Assembly: GCF_964213995.1 (NCBI RefSeq)
Contig: NC_135830.1
Span: forward strand, 14,074,001-14,138,000
Origin: Mustelus asterias
Taxonomy: Eukaryota
Reading direction: 5' to 3'
Length of the DNA stretch: 64,000 nucleotides
Position 1 is the first letter of the stretch; every line of letters begins with the position of its first letter. The notes below the pieces were generated by a model, which searched no databases, had not been told where the DNA came from, and worked only from the letters and a program-made list of their open reading frames with translations. Positions 48,974-63,294 of this stretch are shown here, piece after piece. Both the position numbers and the translations under genes were made by a program.

Positions 48974-49150
48974 GAGAAAACGCTGGAAAATCTCAGCAGG
49001 TCTGGCAGCATCTGTAAAGTTTTGACACAGTGTCAGCTGGACTCGAAACGTCAGCCCTTGTCTCTCCTTACAGATGCTGCCAGACCTGCTGAGATTTTCC
49101 AACGTTTTCTCTTTTGGTTTCAGATTCTAGCGTCCCCAATAATTTGCTTT
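48974..49150. mobile_element. Palindromic Penelope-derived element with hammerhead remnant
   Basis: Long inverted arms (ggaaaatctcagcaggtctggcagcatctgtaa and its reverse complement) around GGACTCGAAACGTC. Confidence 0.75.
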
Positions 49151-49904
49151 TATAAATTAATAATTGGACTTGTTTCAACCTACATGTAACCACTGTGAAC
49201 AAGACGCACCTTAACTGAATACAGCAATACAGAAAAATCGCTGTTAAAATGCAATATATTTGAGCTCATAAAGCTGATTTGCATAATCATTGGTAACTTG
49301 TTCTAACGGTCCCGTGAGAACTGAATGCAACAGGAGGCATTAGTAGATTCCATAAACTGAATTTGAAAGACAAAATGCCGGAAGCATTCAGGAGGATGGA
49401 TAATAACTGTGGCAAAATATTTCGTGTCCGTTTGATTGAGAATCCCAGCAATTTTGTCTTTAATTTCAGAAGATATGTATAATCTCAGTGACATGAACCA
49501 AACCATTCAGTCAATGATGGCGTTCTGCACCACTGGCCACTTTGGAAAAAAAAAACTCATCAAACCAGAGTAATGAATTTTGTAATCGGACCAATGTACA
49601 GTGGGTGTAAACAATGTCTGATGTGTTGGTCTACATTTAATGTCACCATGTTGAACTGAATCAATTCATAGAGAATCTAACTCCTTTAAACTGAACAGCG
49701 CTTTGCAAAACAGAATGAAATGTACTGAACAGACACTGTTAGCCAGAGAAAAACGGTGGCCTAAAGAGCAGGTCAGAGATGAGAAAACTTCCGGGCCAGT
49801 AACTCAACTCTTCCTTCCACAATTAAAGTCCACAATCTATGAGGCACAATGGTTGTGATGCAGTGCGCATGTCTGACGAATGCAGCTCCAACCAAGCTCA
49901 TAAA

Positions 49905-50165
49905 TGTCAACACCATCGACTCCCAGCTTGGGTCGCTGTCTGTGCGGAGTCTGCACGTTCTCCGTGTCTGCGTCAGTTTCCTCTGGGTGCTCCGGATTCC
50001 TCCCACATTCCTAAAGACGTGCTGATAAGGTACATTGACCGTGCTAAATTCTGCCTCAGTGAACCCAAACAGGCGCCGCGGTGTGGCGACTAGGACATTT
50101 TCACAGTAACTTAATTGTCGTGTTAACGTAAGCCTACTTGTGACAATAATAAATAAACTTAAAAT
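49905..50165 (+). mobile_element. HE1-related SINE (same tail as 15222-15482)
   Basis: Core plus ttcacagtaacttaattg..gtaagcctacttgtgacaataataaataaac. Confidence 0.8.
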
Positions 50166-51855
50166 ACGTTGTTGGACAAAACTCTGTATCCAACATCTTC
50201 TGACCCATATCCTTCACAAGTGTCGCACACGAGAACACTGTGTGTTAGCTCCCACATGCATTGCATTCATTCGCCAAGCTTCCTTCGACAACACAATGTA
50301 AACCAGCAATCGCTAGCACGAAGAGGACATGGGTTGTGGACAAATGAAAACAACACCACCTGCAGAATTGGACATGAACCAGAAATGATCCTGACTTGGA
50401 AATCTGTCGTTCTCCATGGCTGTTGGATCAAAATCCCGCAACGCCCTTAAAACAGTGATGCTTGTTTCAATTCTTTCAGGACCTCGGTGTCGATGTCCAG
50501 GCCTGGAGTTTTGTTACCCGCACCTGATTGTTCTTGGGAAGGGGGCAATGAGCCACTTTCTCGAAAAGCTGGAGCCCATAGACACACAGGCCTTTGAGGG
50601 ACGGATAGCTCTTTCTGCATTGCGCGTGTAGTTAGACCACGTCGATAGCAACAGTTTAAGAAGAAAACAAACCGCCAACTTCTGTAAGGCAATTCTAAAT
50701 GGTCAATAAGACTGATGACTTACGCAGCGATAACCACCATTAGTGGAGGAGTTATCAAAAGCCTGTGACCACGCTGACCACTCTGAAGCGCACTTTAAAA
50801 TTGATGAATCTTAACTGCCTGCATGTAAATTAATTGTTACAATCCGGATCTCCGTACACACAACAGAAAGTGACGCAACTCATGTTGCATCTAGCTGCGC
50901 TGAGAGTTGATGTAATAATCTGCAAGTGACCGAACTGGAATTAATCATAATTAATAGCTACCTGCTATTAATGCCATTCTATGCCACTATCCTTGAATGT
51001 ATTTGATCCAGAATGAATTTGCCAAAATTGCGAAATATCATTATGCTGAAGTAGATAAGTATACATGGAATTTACAGGCATTGAGGAGAAGTCGGCACCC
51101 AAAATAACGGTGCTAAAATGGGCATGAGTAGAATGAACACAGCTGTGTTTTGCTGGTGCTGCTCATTGTAAATTGGTGTTGTTTGCATTGAATATAACAG
51201 CACACTCCAGGTCTTTGGAAACATGGCGACAGGAATAGATCACTTGATCCTGTCCAGCCTGCTACGCCACTCAATTAGGTAATGGAAAATAATCTACCCC
51301 AATTACCATTGGCGAATGGATACCAAGGTATCCTATAACCGTGCTGACCTGTTCAGTCCACATAGACTTCAAGGTGTTGAAACTCATCTGTCCACATTTC
51401 AATGAAACGTGACAACCGAGACCTCACAACAAGGAACACAGGTGCCAGGAACGGACACTGAGTCGGTTGTACTTGATGTAATTGCATTGAAACACACCTG
51501 ACCACATTACGTTAGCATAGCAGAAAGTGTGCTGTCCATATTCGATGCGGTCTTGCCTGATATGATTTTGCCAACATTGAATAGAAAAATACGAGTCTGA
51601 AATTGTGTACAGCTAATTTCACCAACTTAAATTAGAAGATTGAAATGACAGATAGTGAACACTACATGTCGGCACCAAGAATATAAGTACTAGCTGGACA
51701 TGTTTGCACTGAATTCAACTGTGCTGTCATCGAGCTGGTCACTATGAATTGCACTGGTATATGTCGAATATGATGGCACCCTCCAGGGCAACATCAACAT
51801 ATAGACAGGAGTAGGTCATTCGGCTCGTTATCCTGCTCCGCCATTCAATTAGATC

Positions 51856-52975
51856 AAAGAACAAAGAACAGTACAGCACAGGAAACAGGCCCTCCGGCCC
51901 TCCAAGCCTGTGCCGCTCCTTGGTCCAACTAGACTAATCGTTTGTATCCCTCCATTCCCAGGCTGCTCATGTGACTATCCAGGTAAGTCTTAAACGATGT
52001 CAGCGTGCCTGCCTCCACCACCCTACTTGACAGCGCATTCCAGGCCCCCACCACCCTCTGTGTAAAAAACATCCCTCTGATATCTGAGTTATACTTTGCC
52101 CCTCTCACCTTGAGGCCGTGACCCCTCGTGAACGTCACTTCTGATCTGGGAAAAAGCTTCCCACCGTTCACCCTATCTATCCCCTTCATAATCATGTACA
52201 CCTCTATTAGACCTCCCCTCATTCTCCGTCTTTCCAGGGAGAACAACCCCAGTCTACCCAATCTCTCCTCATAGCTAAGACCCTCCATACCAGGCAACAT
52301 CCTGGTAAACCTTCCCTGCACTCTCTCTAACGCCTCCACGTCCTTCTGGTAGTGCGGCGACCAGAACTGGACGCAGTACTCCAAATGAGGCCGAACCAGC
52401 GTTCTATACAGCTGCATCATCAGACTCCAGCTTTTATACTCTATACCCCGCCCTATAAAGGCAAGCATACCATATGCCTTCTTCACCACCTTCTCCACCT
52501 GTGTTGCCACCTTCAAGGATTTGTGGACTTGCACACCTAGGTCCCTCTGTGTTTCTATACTCCTGATGACTCTGCCATTTATTGAATAACTGCTCCCTAC
52601 ATTATTTCTTCCAAAATGCATCACTTCACATTTATCCGGATTAAACTCCATCTGCCACCTCTCCGCCCAATTTTCCAGCCTATCTATATCCTGCTGTATT
52701 GCCCAACAATGCTCTTCGCTATCCGCAAGTCCAGCCATCTTCGTGTCATCCGCAAACTTGCTGATTACACCAGTTACACCTTCTTCCAAATCATTTATAT
52801 ATATCACAAATAGCAGAGGTCCCAGTACAGAGCCCTGCGGAACACCACTGGTCACAGACCTCCAGCCGGAAAAAGACCCTTCGACCACTACCTTCTGTCT
52901 GCTATGGCCAAGTCAGTTCTCCACCCATCTAGCCACTTCTCCTTGTATCCTATGAGCCTTAACCTTCTTAACCAT
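51856..52975 (-). mobile_element. Young 5'-truncated CR1 LINE with open RT frame, nested in an older CR1 tail
   Basis: ORF 51929-52888; tail (TGTTCTT)n. Confidence 0.95.
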
Positions 52976-52996
52976 GGGCAATTATTTACATCAACA

Positions 52997-53158
52997 TCAC
53001 CTTCCTGGCAGGGGGGAAACCATGATCATGCAGGTGGTTCGCCCAGGACGAGGCTAGCCCGTTTCAATTAAGGTGTGCTGACACCTACGATGCCCCCTGA
53101 TGCCGAATACTCGACTGAAACATTTGTAGTACTCGTTGCTGCGCTTGCGCTAAAAAAA
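52997..53158 (+). pseudogene. U1 snRNA processed pseudogene
   Basis: CCTGGCAGGGGGGAAACCATGATCA..GGTGGTT..GAGGCT..TGTGCTGAC..CTCGACTG..ATTTGTAGTA..CTGCGCTTGCGCT + A7. Confidence 0.88.
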
Positions 53159-53956
53159 CAGAGCCCTACGCTATTTCCATATTAGTTGATGTCAACAACT
53201 CCCAGAAATCAGCCGATTTATCTACTCAACTGTTAAATTTCCACATCTCTGTAGTGGAGAAATCTAGAATGGTGGAGTATATACCGCGAAAGGGTCTGGG
53301 TGAAATCGTTGTTGATGGAGATTGATGGGCTGAATGGCCTCCTTCTGCATTGTACGGATTCTATGAAATATATTCTATGATCCACCCTCTGAGTGAAGAA
53401 ACGTCCCATAATCTCAGTGTCAAATTATTGACCCCGTTATCCTGAGATTAAGTCCCCCGGTTTTAGATTGTAGGTCTGCATTGCATTAATTGTTGAATAA
53501 GTCGCTATACTTCGAGTGTAACATTACTTAACTGTACCTGACCACAGTGAATACAAAGGGTGTAAATTCTTGGAGAGATTCACAACGTGCGTACATGTGA
53601 TCAGTGATCGCAGGGAGAGGATAATTGACAAAGCATGAATTTGGCATCATTTTGCCAAGAACATTTTCAGTTCTGTTGGCCTGACCCCAATATTAAGATG
53701 CTAATGGTTATAGAAACAAGTATAACTGAGATCCTTCTTACTTTCTTGACAATTCGCATTAGAGCTCTGTTAAGTCTCAATTCAACTCGATAAAACAAAA
53801 ACACCAAATAAACAGCAGCTGGACTCATCTGTTTGTTACAATAACTTCAATTAAGACAAAAGTTAAGACGACTAATTAAATCTCTAGAGCCTGTTATGGA
53901 GTATAATAGCGACTATTTTCAGGGAATTGCAGAAAACGCTCAGAGTTTTGACAGAA

Positions 53957-56470
53957 ATGCACGCAATACCGAAAGGTCTGGTGTTTGCCATTTACTATCC
54001 TGTCCTTGGGGCCATAGGGGTTCCAGGTATGAGATTGTAATTTTGCAGTTAGTTAATAGCTAATTATCGTTCAGCTGAATCAATGCTGTCTTTGTATTCA
54101 TATCACTTCTTCAAGTTACATACGTATTTGCTTGTGTTTAATCCCTCCAGCAATATAAATTGTTTTATTTGAAGGATATACATTATTTTTTTAAGTACAA
54201 TTCTTTATATGTAACTGCATTAATTCGTCTTTTTAAAAGTACATTATCAGACGTTTGTTAATATAGTTTAGCGTAATTAACGTTAAAGTTTCAAACCTTG
54301 AATGTTTTCATTGCACCTATTTCCCCACATAGTTTCTTCACTTGAATGCACTTTTCACTGACACCATCTTCCTCCGATAGTTATTATTTAATCGCGGTAC
54401 TTATAGAATTTCACCAATTTACTTCTCAGATCTCAGTGTGTATCTTCAATTTTATTGTTTAATAGAACCGCTAGAATGGATTAATTAGCTTACTATTAAC
54501 ACCGTATAAATGCAATTCATTTTTTTTATTTTCAGAACTGTAGACGTTATTATGGTTTTATTTAGGTCCCTTGTGATTGTCCCAAATAGTCAATTCTGAC
54601 ACGGCTATCACAGAGTCAATGGACTGGCATTGTATTCTCGGTGCGGTTACTTGCAGTGACTTTTAAACTTTCGTATCACGTTGTTTTTGTAGATTTATTG
54701 TTAACACGTGTTGTGAAGCAATAATTCCCTCAAATAATTCAACAATTGAGAAGATTGAACCACTGAATAATCCCAAATTGAATTGTATCAAATCGTTTAT
54801 TTAAGGAACGTTAGGAGGCATGGCGGTTGACAGACATGTAAGCAATATAATTGTTGCCCTCTAATGGATGACTGATATTACCCTTCACTCACCGAACTCA
54901 GTGCTCGTATTCTCAGCCGCTAACGCTTATAGACACTGGATTTCTCATGAAGAGAGCTCCAGTTTGCCCCTGCATAGCACATAAAATGTCCCCGGCAATT
55001 TCACAGAAATTTTCATCGTTCATTCTCTTCCCTGGGATGGTATTTTTGTGCAAGTTTATTCCCAACCTTTCGAAAACAAGTGAATGATTTTACATCACTT
55101 AATTGATAGGACCTGCTTTACATCGACTGTGAGATATAATCCGTGACATTGTTACTTTCCAATCTCATTTTTGGCTGGTTTGCTGTTTATCTACTGTAAT
55201 TTTTTTTCTTCTTTTATTTGTTGTGGATATTTTGGTACACCTCCCTTTTTATTCTTTGCATTCTGTCGGCCGCGTTCAATCCTGCTCTGTCAGTAGTGAT
55301 ATAAATTTGATTTCTTCTAATCGTTTATTTGGGCATCATGGAGAATTTTGCATGATTATTCTATTGCCCTATCTAATTATCTAATAAAGATGACTTTTTC
55401 AAAACAAGTAAGGAATTGTCCAGAGCGGAATGACTCACATCCAACCTAATATCAAGTCATAATGCTTTACATTTCACACACAATACTAAAACACTGTTGA
55501 TTTTATTGCCATTCGAAAAACTAACTCTCTCTGTTTTTTTCTCTCTCCCTTTCTTACAGCCAACTTGGCAGTGATTGTGATCCTGTCTCGAAGAAGATGC
55601 GGTCTCTCTGGATGTGTCACTTATTACCTGGTTTCCATGGCGGTAACGGATCTCCTGGTGATGCTCACGGCTGTAATATTAAACCGAATTGCTGGCATCT
55701 ATTTCCCCTCTAGTTTCCTGTCTATCACACCAGTTTGCGGTATTCGTGCTGTCCTGAATATCACAGCAATGGACAGTTCTGCCTGGTTAACGGTCGCTTT
55801 CACCTTTGATCGATTTGTGTCCATTTCCTGTCAGAAGCTGAAATTAAAATATTGCACAGAAAAGAGAGCGATGCGTGTAATAGGAATCGTGTCCATTCTG
55901 GCCTGTGTAAAAAATATCTTCCTATATTTACAATTTGAACCTCGGTACATCATTAATAACGTACCCTGGTTCTGCATGATAAGAGGAATAATTTATACAT
56001 CACCAGCTTGGGCAGCGTATGACTGGATCCGTTCCACTTTAACCCCTTTTCTTCCTTTCATTCTGATTGCATTGCTCAATGCTCTGACTGTCAAACACAT
56101 TCTAGCGGCTAATAGAGCCCGCAGGAGACTCCGGACCCAGAGCAATGGAGAGAATCAGAGTGACCCAGAGGTGGAGAAGAGGAGAAAGTCCATTGTTTTA
56201 CTCTTCGCCATCTCGGGCAGTTTCATCCTATCTTATTTGTTATTTTTTATAAACATCCTCTTTGTGCGAATTGCTAAAGTTACTTATTTCTCGGGTTCGA
56301 ATTTCAGTAATTCCACGTTCATTCTCTCTGAGACTGGATATATGCTCCAGCTCTTGAGTTCTTGTATCAACCCCTTTATTTATGCTGTGACCCAGAATAA
56401 AATCAGAGATGAGTTAAAGAATGGGATGAAATATCCACTGAACGTATTTGTAAAAATATTTATGTCTTGA
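53957..56470 (+). CDS. GPR139-like class A GPCR, copy C (2 exons: 53957-54026, 55560-56470; 326 aa, intact)
   Basis: Exon 1 MHAIPKGLVFAIYYPVLGAIGVP, GT-AG intron, exon 2 with AFTFDRF and NPFIY. Confidence 0.92.
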
Positions 56471-56870
56471 AATAGTGCAATTCAACGTTAGCTGAATTGC
56501 ATATGGCAGAATGACCTAATTCGTCCATGCCACTCACAAAATCGCTTCCAAAGTGCATTTTCTTTTAATTTCTGTTCCAATGTCTGAATTGAAGATCATA
56601 TAACGAAATCTAAATCAACACAGCATCAAGTGCAGTAAGAAAACCAGTAAATGCTGTAAAATCTCAGCAGGTCTCAGAGCAGCTGTGGGGAGAGAATAGA
56701 GCCAAAGGTACGAGTCTAGATGACCATTCATCAGAGCTGACTGTCCAGTTCAATATTTTGATCTGTTAATATCCAGCTCCCTTACCAGTGCTGATTTGAT
56801 ATTTGTGCATTCCCATCTGCCTCGAGGGCGCTGGAGGACAAAAGCCCGAGGAAGCAAAGTGTAGGCAATA

Positions 56871-56927
56871 TTCTTCTTCTCCTCCTCCCCTTTTTTCTTC
56901 TTCTTCTTCTTCTTGTTCTTCTTCTTC
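56871..56927. repeat. (TTC)n-rich microsatellite
   Basis: Seen directly. Confidence 0.85.
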
Positions 56928-59559
56928 AATGTTTTTTTCGTTTCTAAGCTATGTTTCATGGGCTGTGACCATCGCTGACAAAGACTGCATTCGTTGTGCA
57001 TCACTACTTCCCGTTCTCGAGTCAGAGTCCTGGCTTTGTTCATAAACTGCATGGACTCAACAATCTCTGAATGTTGTGGCAGACGTTCACGCACCTCATT
57101 CCACAAAAGCTTGAGAGATTGACATTCTTAATGTGAAGAGTCCACCAAAAAACGATGGTTTCCCCAAATTTCACTGAGAAATAATATAAAATAGCATTTG
57201 CAGTTTTATCTGGATTCAGATTGACACGTTATGGAACTTACCCGAAATAGACACGTTGGAATTTACAACTATTTATGTGATGCTAATTAAATGTTTTCTG
57301 AATTATTTTGACCTGACCACCTGCTAAATGCGTTTTTTTATGTCAATTGCCTGATTACTGAAAATAACATAATTGATTTTGAAATTAACTGTCATTGACA
57401 TAAAGTTAGCGACCACAAAAATAAGCCAGTGCCAGGAAGAAGCGATTGTCTGTGTAACGTTGAAATTATGCTGGCAAAGCTAGACTGGACACAATTCAGT
57501 AAATTATTCGTGTGCCTCGACTGGAAAGGTACTGAAAAGTTCTGCTCTGTATTTAGACTCTTGTGTATTATATTTCATAGAATATCTAAATTGATAATTG
57601 CACTCGCCATTTATTGTTGAACGTTAATGCTTCTCTCTAGATACCGTCCTTTTGACTAAGTTAGCCTGCCAGGAAACGCTACTATTTATGAAGGATTATT
57701 TTGTCTGGAAAATTTGATTAGTTAAATGAGCAAAGAATAATGGATGTTCGTTTTGATCATAGTCTTGATACTCACAGCGACATATTTGTATGAGCAATTT
57801 AACAATTTTGTGGGCTTTATTTGTGAAAGGTTAGGCAGTAGTTCAGGTGGTCTTTGGATCATGGTGGCCTTGCGAAGTGATTGGCGCCGAAATGGTTGTG
57901 GAGCTAATCTGAAACTGAGCTGGTCGAGGAGCAGCTGCAATGCCAGCACTGGTGTTCGTGATGCCGTCATGAATGTTGTCCGTTCTGCCCAATTCCCTCC
58001 TCTTCAAATCCTGACAATTGTGTCTTGTTGCCAACTTTGGTAGCCATGCGTTATTTAAATCAGCAACTTACATTTGGCATCTTGTACGTCACGTTTTGTG
58101 TTTTAATCTAGGTATATAAAATATAAAAACTTTGTGTATTTACGTAGTTATATATCGTTGTCTATGTCTTTATATGGTATGCCTCTATGTACATATTGTT
58201 GCCAGCCAGTTAAGGACGAGTAATGTTTTCTCTGAATTGGGCAAAGTTTGAAACCTCAGTTCTCACTGGAATGATGTCAGAGCAGCGCAAACGTAAAGCC
58301 AAGAGTGTTATTTACAAAGTGTGAAAACGTAAAACAAGTTATAAAATCTTATATGTATTCCGAGAATCAGAATTTTCATGATGTGAATTAAGGACCAGTG
58401 TCTTTTCCGAAAACACTTCACTATCTAGTGAATGGCAAATAACACAGGCAACTGTGAGGTTTTGTCAGCAACTCACCCAGATGTCAGTGAATACGTGGTG
58501 TCCAAAGATCTCGTGAAAACTGCGTCTCCGCTGTGAGCAACTTCAGATTTTCATTATTTAAGATCTAACCTCTGATTTCCTTGAAAAGTATTCCGACTGG
58601 GACTACCTCAATGTCTGCTCACTTCCGATGGTTTAATCTCCTCTCCAGGATCTCTGTTCCAAGGCTTTCCGAAGATTGATCTCCTTCCTTTTGATGTCGG
58701 CAGCATTACAATTTTCGAAAGACTTTAATTCATTCAGTTGACATGTTGCCTTGTTTTTATTCATATGTGGTTTATGGGTGTCGCTGGACAGAACATCATT
58801 TATTGTCTATTTCGAGCTGCCCTTGAGAAGGTGCTGCTGACATTCCTTCTTGAACCGCTGGCGTCTCTGCGACATGCAGTCCGTCGCCTGTGTCGGATTA
58901 TAACTGTCTGCCACCTCTTCTCGGAGTTGTACCTTTCTTCATAGCCAAACAGGGCATCCAGGACTTCCCTTGAGCTCAATTGCCATTAACTGTTGCCAAG
59001 GCATCTACACAAGCAGAAAAGGACACAAATTGTTAATGACAACTGTAGCAATTGGTACCTCTGCTTCTTTGAGGTCGAGGTTCCTGGAGCCACCTAACAG
59101 CTGCATCATTTATGTATAATGCCTTTGCCTCTTTCAGAACACCACTTCGCCTAGCTAACACACGAATAAGTTGCATGTGAGTGAATTTTCTAAAATCCCA
59201 TCCTTCTCCATGATATGTAATCTTTTAGGGTTCATTGAAAGCTTTTAAATTAATATGGTCCCTTCTCCCAAAAATGAACCATCTCATTGCACTGCAGCTC
59301 TTTTCAAACAGTGTAACAATAGATCTGTAGTTGTGCTTTTAAGTGCATCTACTTGTTTCATGTCTCCGTGTAACCTACCTCAGTCTATTAAACAAGGAGT
59401 GGTAACCTTCTAAACTGCTGTTCCTGGAGAGGCATTGGTAAATTCTAAAGATTAGCCTTTCTGTTTCCTCACTCTTTACAACTTTAGACTTCCATGAACC
59501 CGCAGAGTGTCTCTGCCCCTTCAAAATTAATTCATGTCAGTGAAGAGAAAGATAATAAA

Positions 59560-60560
59560 AAAATTGGAGCACATGGAGGTCATGCTGCAAATTGAGTCTG
59601 CTTTTCATTTGGTTAGATCATTAATGATCTAACTATGGCCTCTCCCTTCTGGTTTACTGCTTCAAATCTCTTGTCAGTCAAGAATCTATCTAATTTAGCC
59701 GTAAAATATCCCAACTTTTCCTTCCTCCACTGCTCTCTTGGAAAGGGAATTTCACAGACAAATGACAAGTGACAGATACTTGTAGGCACATCTCTGTAGT
59801 CCTTCGATACCACTGTATATTTTGGACACAGGTACCAAAACTGAATGTGAGCGAATTGAAGAGAGTGCAGAAGAGGGATGAGAAACGTCAGTTATGACGA
59901 TCGATTGGAGTGTTTTCGAATTTTCCTTCTGGGGAAGATGGCTTAGATGGCATTTGATAGAGATGTTCAAAACCATGAGGGGAATGGGCAGGTCACATAG
60001 GAAGCAGGAATATGTTCAAGCTCATCACAGAAGCAAGAACAAAGGGGCACAGATATAAAGAGATTTGCAACAGAAGCAAATGCGATGTGAAGAAAAAACA
60101 CACGCTGTAGAATGCATTGCATCATACTGTGGAAGTGTGATGGAGGCATTTTTAATCGAGGCATTCGATGATTATTTGAATAGAAACACTGGGCTGGACT
60201 ACGGGGAAAAGGCAGGGTAAACCATCTTGCTCGATTGGGGAGCCAGTACAGTAATACCAACACAAATTTATTCCATCTGCATCGAGAGGATTATTTGAAT
60301 CTGTGACTTGCAATCACGCGCGCAAAGAGAAACAGCATCAACCTATCTAGCCCCTCGTGATCATGTATTTTTAATAGGATCATCACCCATTCTTCCAAAT
60401 TCAAATGAATGCATGTCAAACCTTCCAAACTTTCACGATAAGATAAGTGTTTAATCGAGTGAATCTGTTGATTATCCTTCCCTGAACATCTTCTGTTACA
60501 TTTATCAAATTGCTTTGAGCAGCATGACAAGTATGTTCAAAATTCCACATGCATTCTCAT
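59560..60560. mobile_element. Cluster of highly decayed CR1 3' fragments in both orientations
   Basis: ttgatagagatgttcaaaaccatgagggg-type RT C-terminal remnants and tail-like sequence. Confidence 0.5.
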
Positions 60561-61649
60561 AAAAATATATGATACTCTCGCAAAACATCCCTAGCTCAGA
60601 ATTGAATTCCTCTTCAATTGAGCGACAGCGACCCCTTTGCTTTTCTCGTCGCTATCCATCACTACATCTGCAATGTTTTTATCTGAGAACATTAGTTTCT
60701 ATTGCCCATTTCAAGAACAACTTAATCATTTCCTGTACCCTTCACAAAGTCCAGTTAATAATAAGTTTTAAGGAACATAATGAAATGCAAGGCGGTGAAA
60801 TGCAGCTCAATGATCAGTGCTACATTTCTGTTCGCAAGCAGTTTCTAGGTTAGAGTAGGTTCACTTTGTCCTGGAGACTTTACTTTTCAAATGAATATTC
60901 GAACCAAGAGAAAATCTCAACATTTCAGGCTCCGGATTTTATATTGGTAACGTTTACAGTTTTACCATAAATATATTTGCAAGAAAGTGTGATCTGTTTT
61001 GTACAATGTCTCGTCCTTTAGCTATGGGCAGTGGTTTGAATAATTCACACAAATTTAATTCAATATAAAACTATAGCGACAGATTTACATTTAAAAGCTT
61101 AATGTGTCAATGACATGTTCACAAATCTTTTTAACGGGTTTTCCACAATATCAGGCATTCGGTTGTTGCAAAGGTCAAAGGCAAATATTCCCATGTAGTT
61201 TTCTGTCGCTTCGTAACTGAGATATAAGTTGGGAGGCACATGCGACCATAGTATTATCGCCCATGAGATTCCCGTGTTCAATGGCAACACAACGGATTTT
61301 CTTGCACTGAATCGAATCACACCTGACCCTGCAATCATCCGCTTTGTTCACGTTCACATTCTGAGCCAAGAAATCCACAACAGCCAACACCCAAAATGAT
61401 ATCACAATCTATGCCCTATTGTTCATTAATGGGAAACCCTCTGTCACCTGGATCCTTTTCGCAACCTATCTGCAAAATAGAGAGGGGGAATGACTGGCAA
61501 AACTCTCTGCGGGCAACATGCCCATCCGACCACTCTCTTTTGACATCTCGACCTGAGCAGTGGTGCACACATGAACAGTATCAATCATCTTTCACATTGT
61601 GAATCTGTTCCAGTCCGTTGAGTCATTGCACTCTCAGATATTCACAACC

Positions 61650-63262
61650 ATATGAGCAGGGAGGTTATGATGGAGCTGTGTGTAACATTCGTTAGCCCAG
61701 AGATAGAGTGTCGCGTCCAATTTTGATTGTCACAGGAATCATAGGAAATAAATGCTTGCATTAGGAAGGGTGCCCAGGAGATTGACCAGGATGTTGCCTG
61801 GGTTGGAACGTTTCTGTCCTTCCTTGCTTCTATGTATTTGATAAGAACCGCTTGGGAGACTGATCAAGGAGGTTGAAGCAGGTGGGACCCAGGGCAATTG
61901 GGAAAAATTAGATTAAAAATTGCCTTATCTCTGGAGGCAGAGTTTGATGGCCCAATGTTTTACTGTGACTGGAAGACTGCGTCCATTGATATACTGGAGG
62001 GATTGGTACTGGGACTCTGGCTGTTTCTGGTGTAAATCAATGTACTTCAGGTGCGCATGTGAGGCATTAGCAGGAAGTTTGCAGATGACAAGAAAATTAT
62101 TGGTTTGTTACAGAGCAAGGTGGACAATTTAGGATACTGCAGCACAATATAGAAGGGCTAAATAGATGGGCAGAAGGGACGGCACGGTGGCACAGTGGTT
62201 AGCACTGCTGCCTTGCAGCGCCAGGGACCCATGTTAAATTCCGGCCTTGGGTCACTGTCTGTGTGGAGTTTGCACGTTCTCCCCGTGTCTGCGTGGGTTT
62301 CCTCCGGCTGCTCCGGTTTCCTCCCACAGCCTGAAGATGAGCAGGTTAGGTTGATTGGCCATGCTAAATTGACTCTAGTTTCAGGAGGATTAGCAGTGTA
62401 AATATATGGGGTTACATGAATAGATCTTGGGTGGAATTGTGGTTGGTGCAGACTCGATGGGCCAAATGGCCTCCTTCTGCACTGTAGGGATTCTAGGATT
62501 CTAGGAAGTGTGGAAAATTGAATTTTACCTTGAAAAGTGTAAGGTGATGCATTTTGAGAAGGATTAACAACGCAATGGTAGGACACCAGGCAGTCCAGGA
62601 AAGCTGAGATACATTGGGGTTCATGTCCAGAGAGCGCCAAAAAATATGGTAGCTCGGGAGGCTCATGAGATACATTCATTTGATAGCCGAGTCACAGCAG
62701 AGAAGTTCTGATCAAAAGCGCATTCTGCCGGTTCTGTATCAAACGCGCATTCTGCCGCAGGGCGAGTATCGTGTGCATTTCTGATCGCCACACTATAGGA
62801 TGGACGTGATTGCACGAATGGTAGGACACCAGGCAGTCCAGAAAAGCTGCGATACATTGGGTTCCATGTCCAGAGAGTTTCCCCAAAAAATATGCCAGCT
62901 CGGAAGGCTCATGAGATACATTCATTTCATAGCCGAGGCATAGCAGAGAAGTTCTGATCAAACGCACATTTTGCCGGTTCTGTATCAAACGCACAGTCAG
63001 CCCCGGGCCGAGTATCGTGTGCATTTCTCATCGCTACATGATAGGATGCACGTGATTGCACAAAAAAGTGTGCAGAGGAGATTCACCAGGATGATGCTTG
63101 TGGGTTTCAGCTATGAAGGGAGGCTGGTTAGTCTTGGATTGTTTTCCTTAGAGCAGCAAAAGCTGAGTGGAGATCTAACTGATGTGTGCAAAACTCCAAG
63201 GGAACTAGTGAGAGTTGATAGAAAAAAATGTTTTCCCTCAACAGAGGGGTCAATAACTGTGG

Positions 63263-63294
<32 letters not shown>

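Noticed and set aside
62574-63060. CRISPR-like or functional repeat array
   Set aside because: Simple two-unit tandem duplication inside a decayed LINE; eukaryotic DNA, no spacers.
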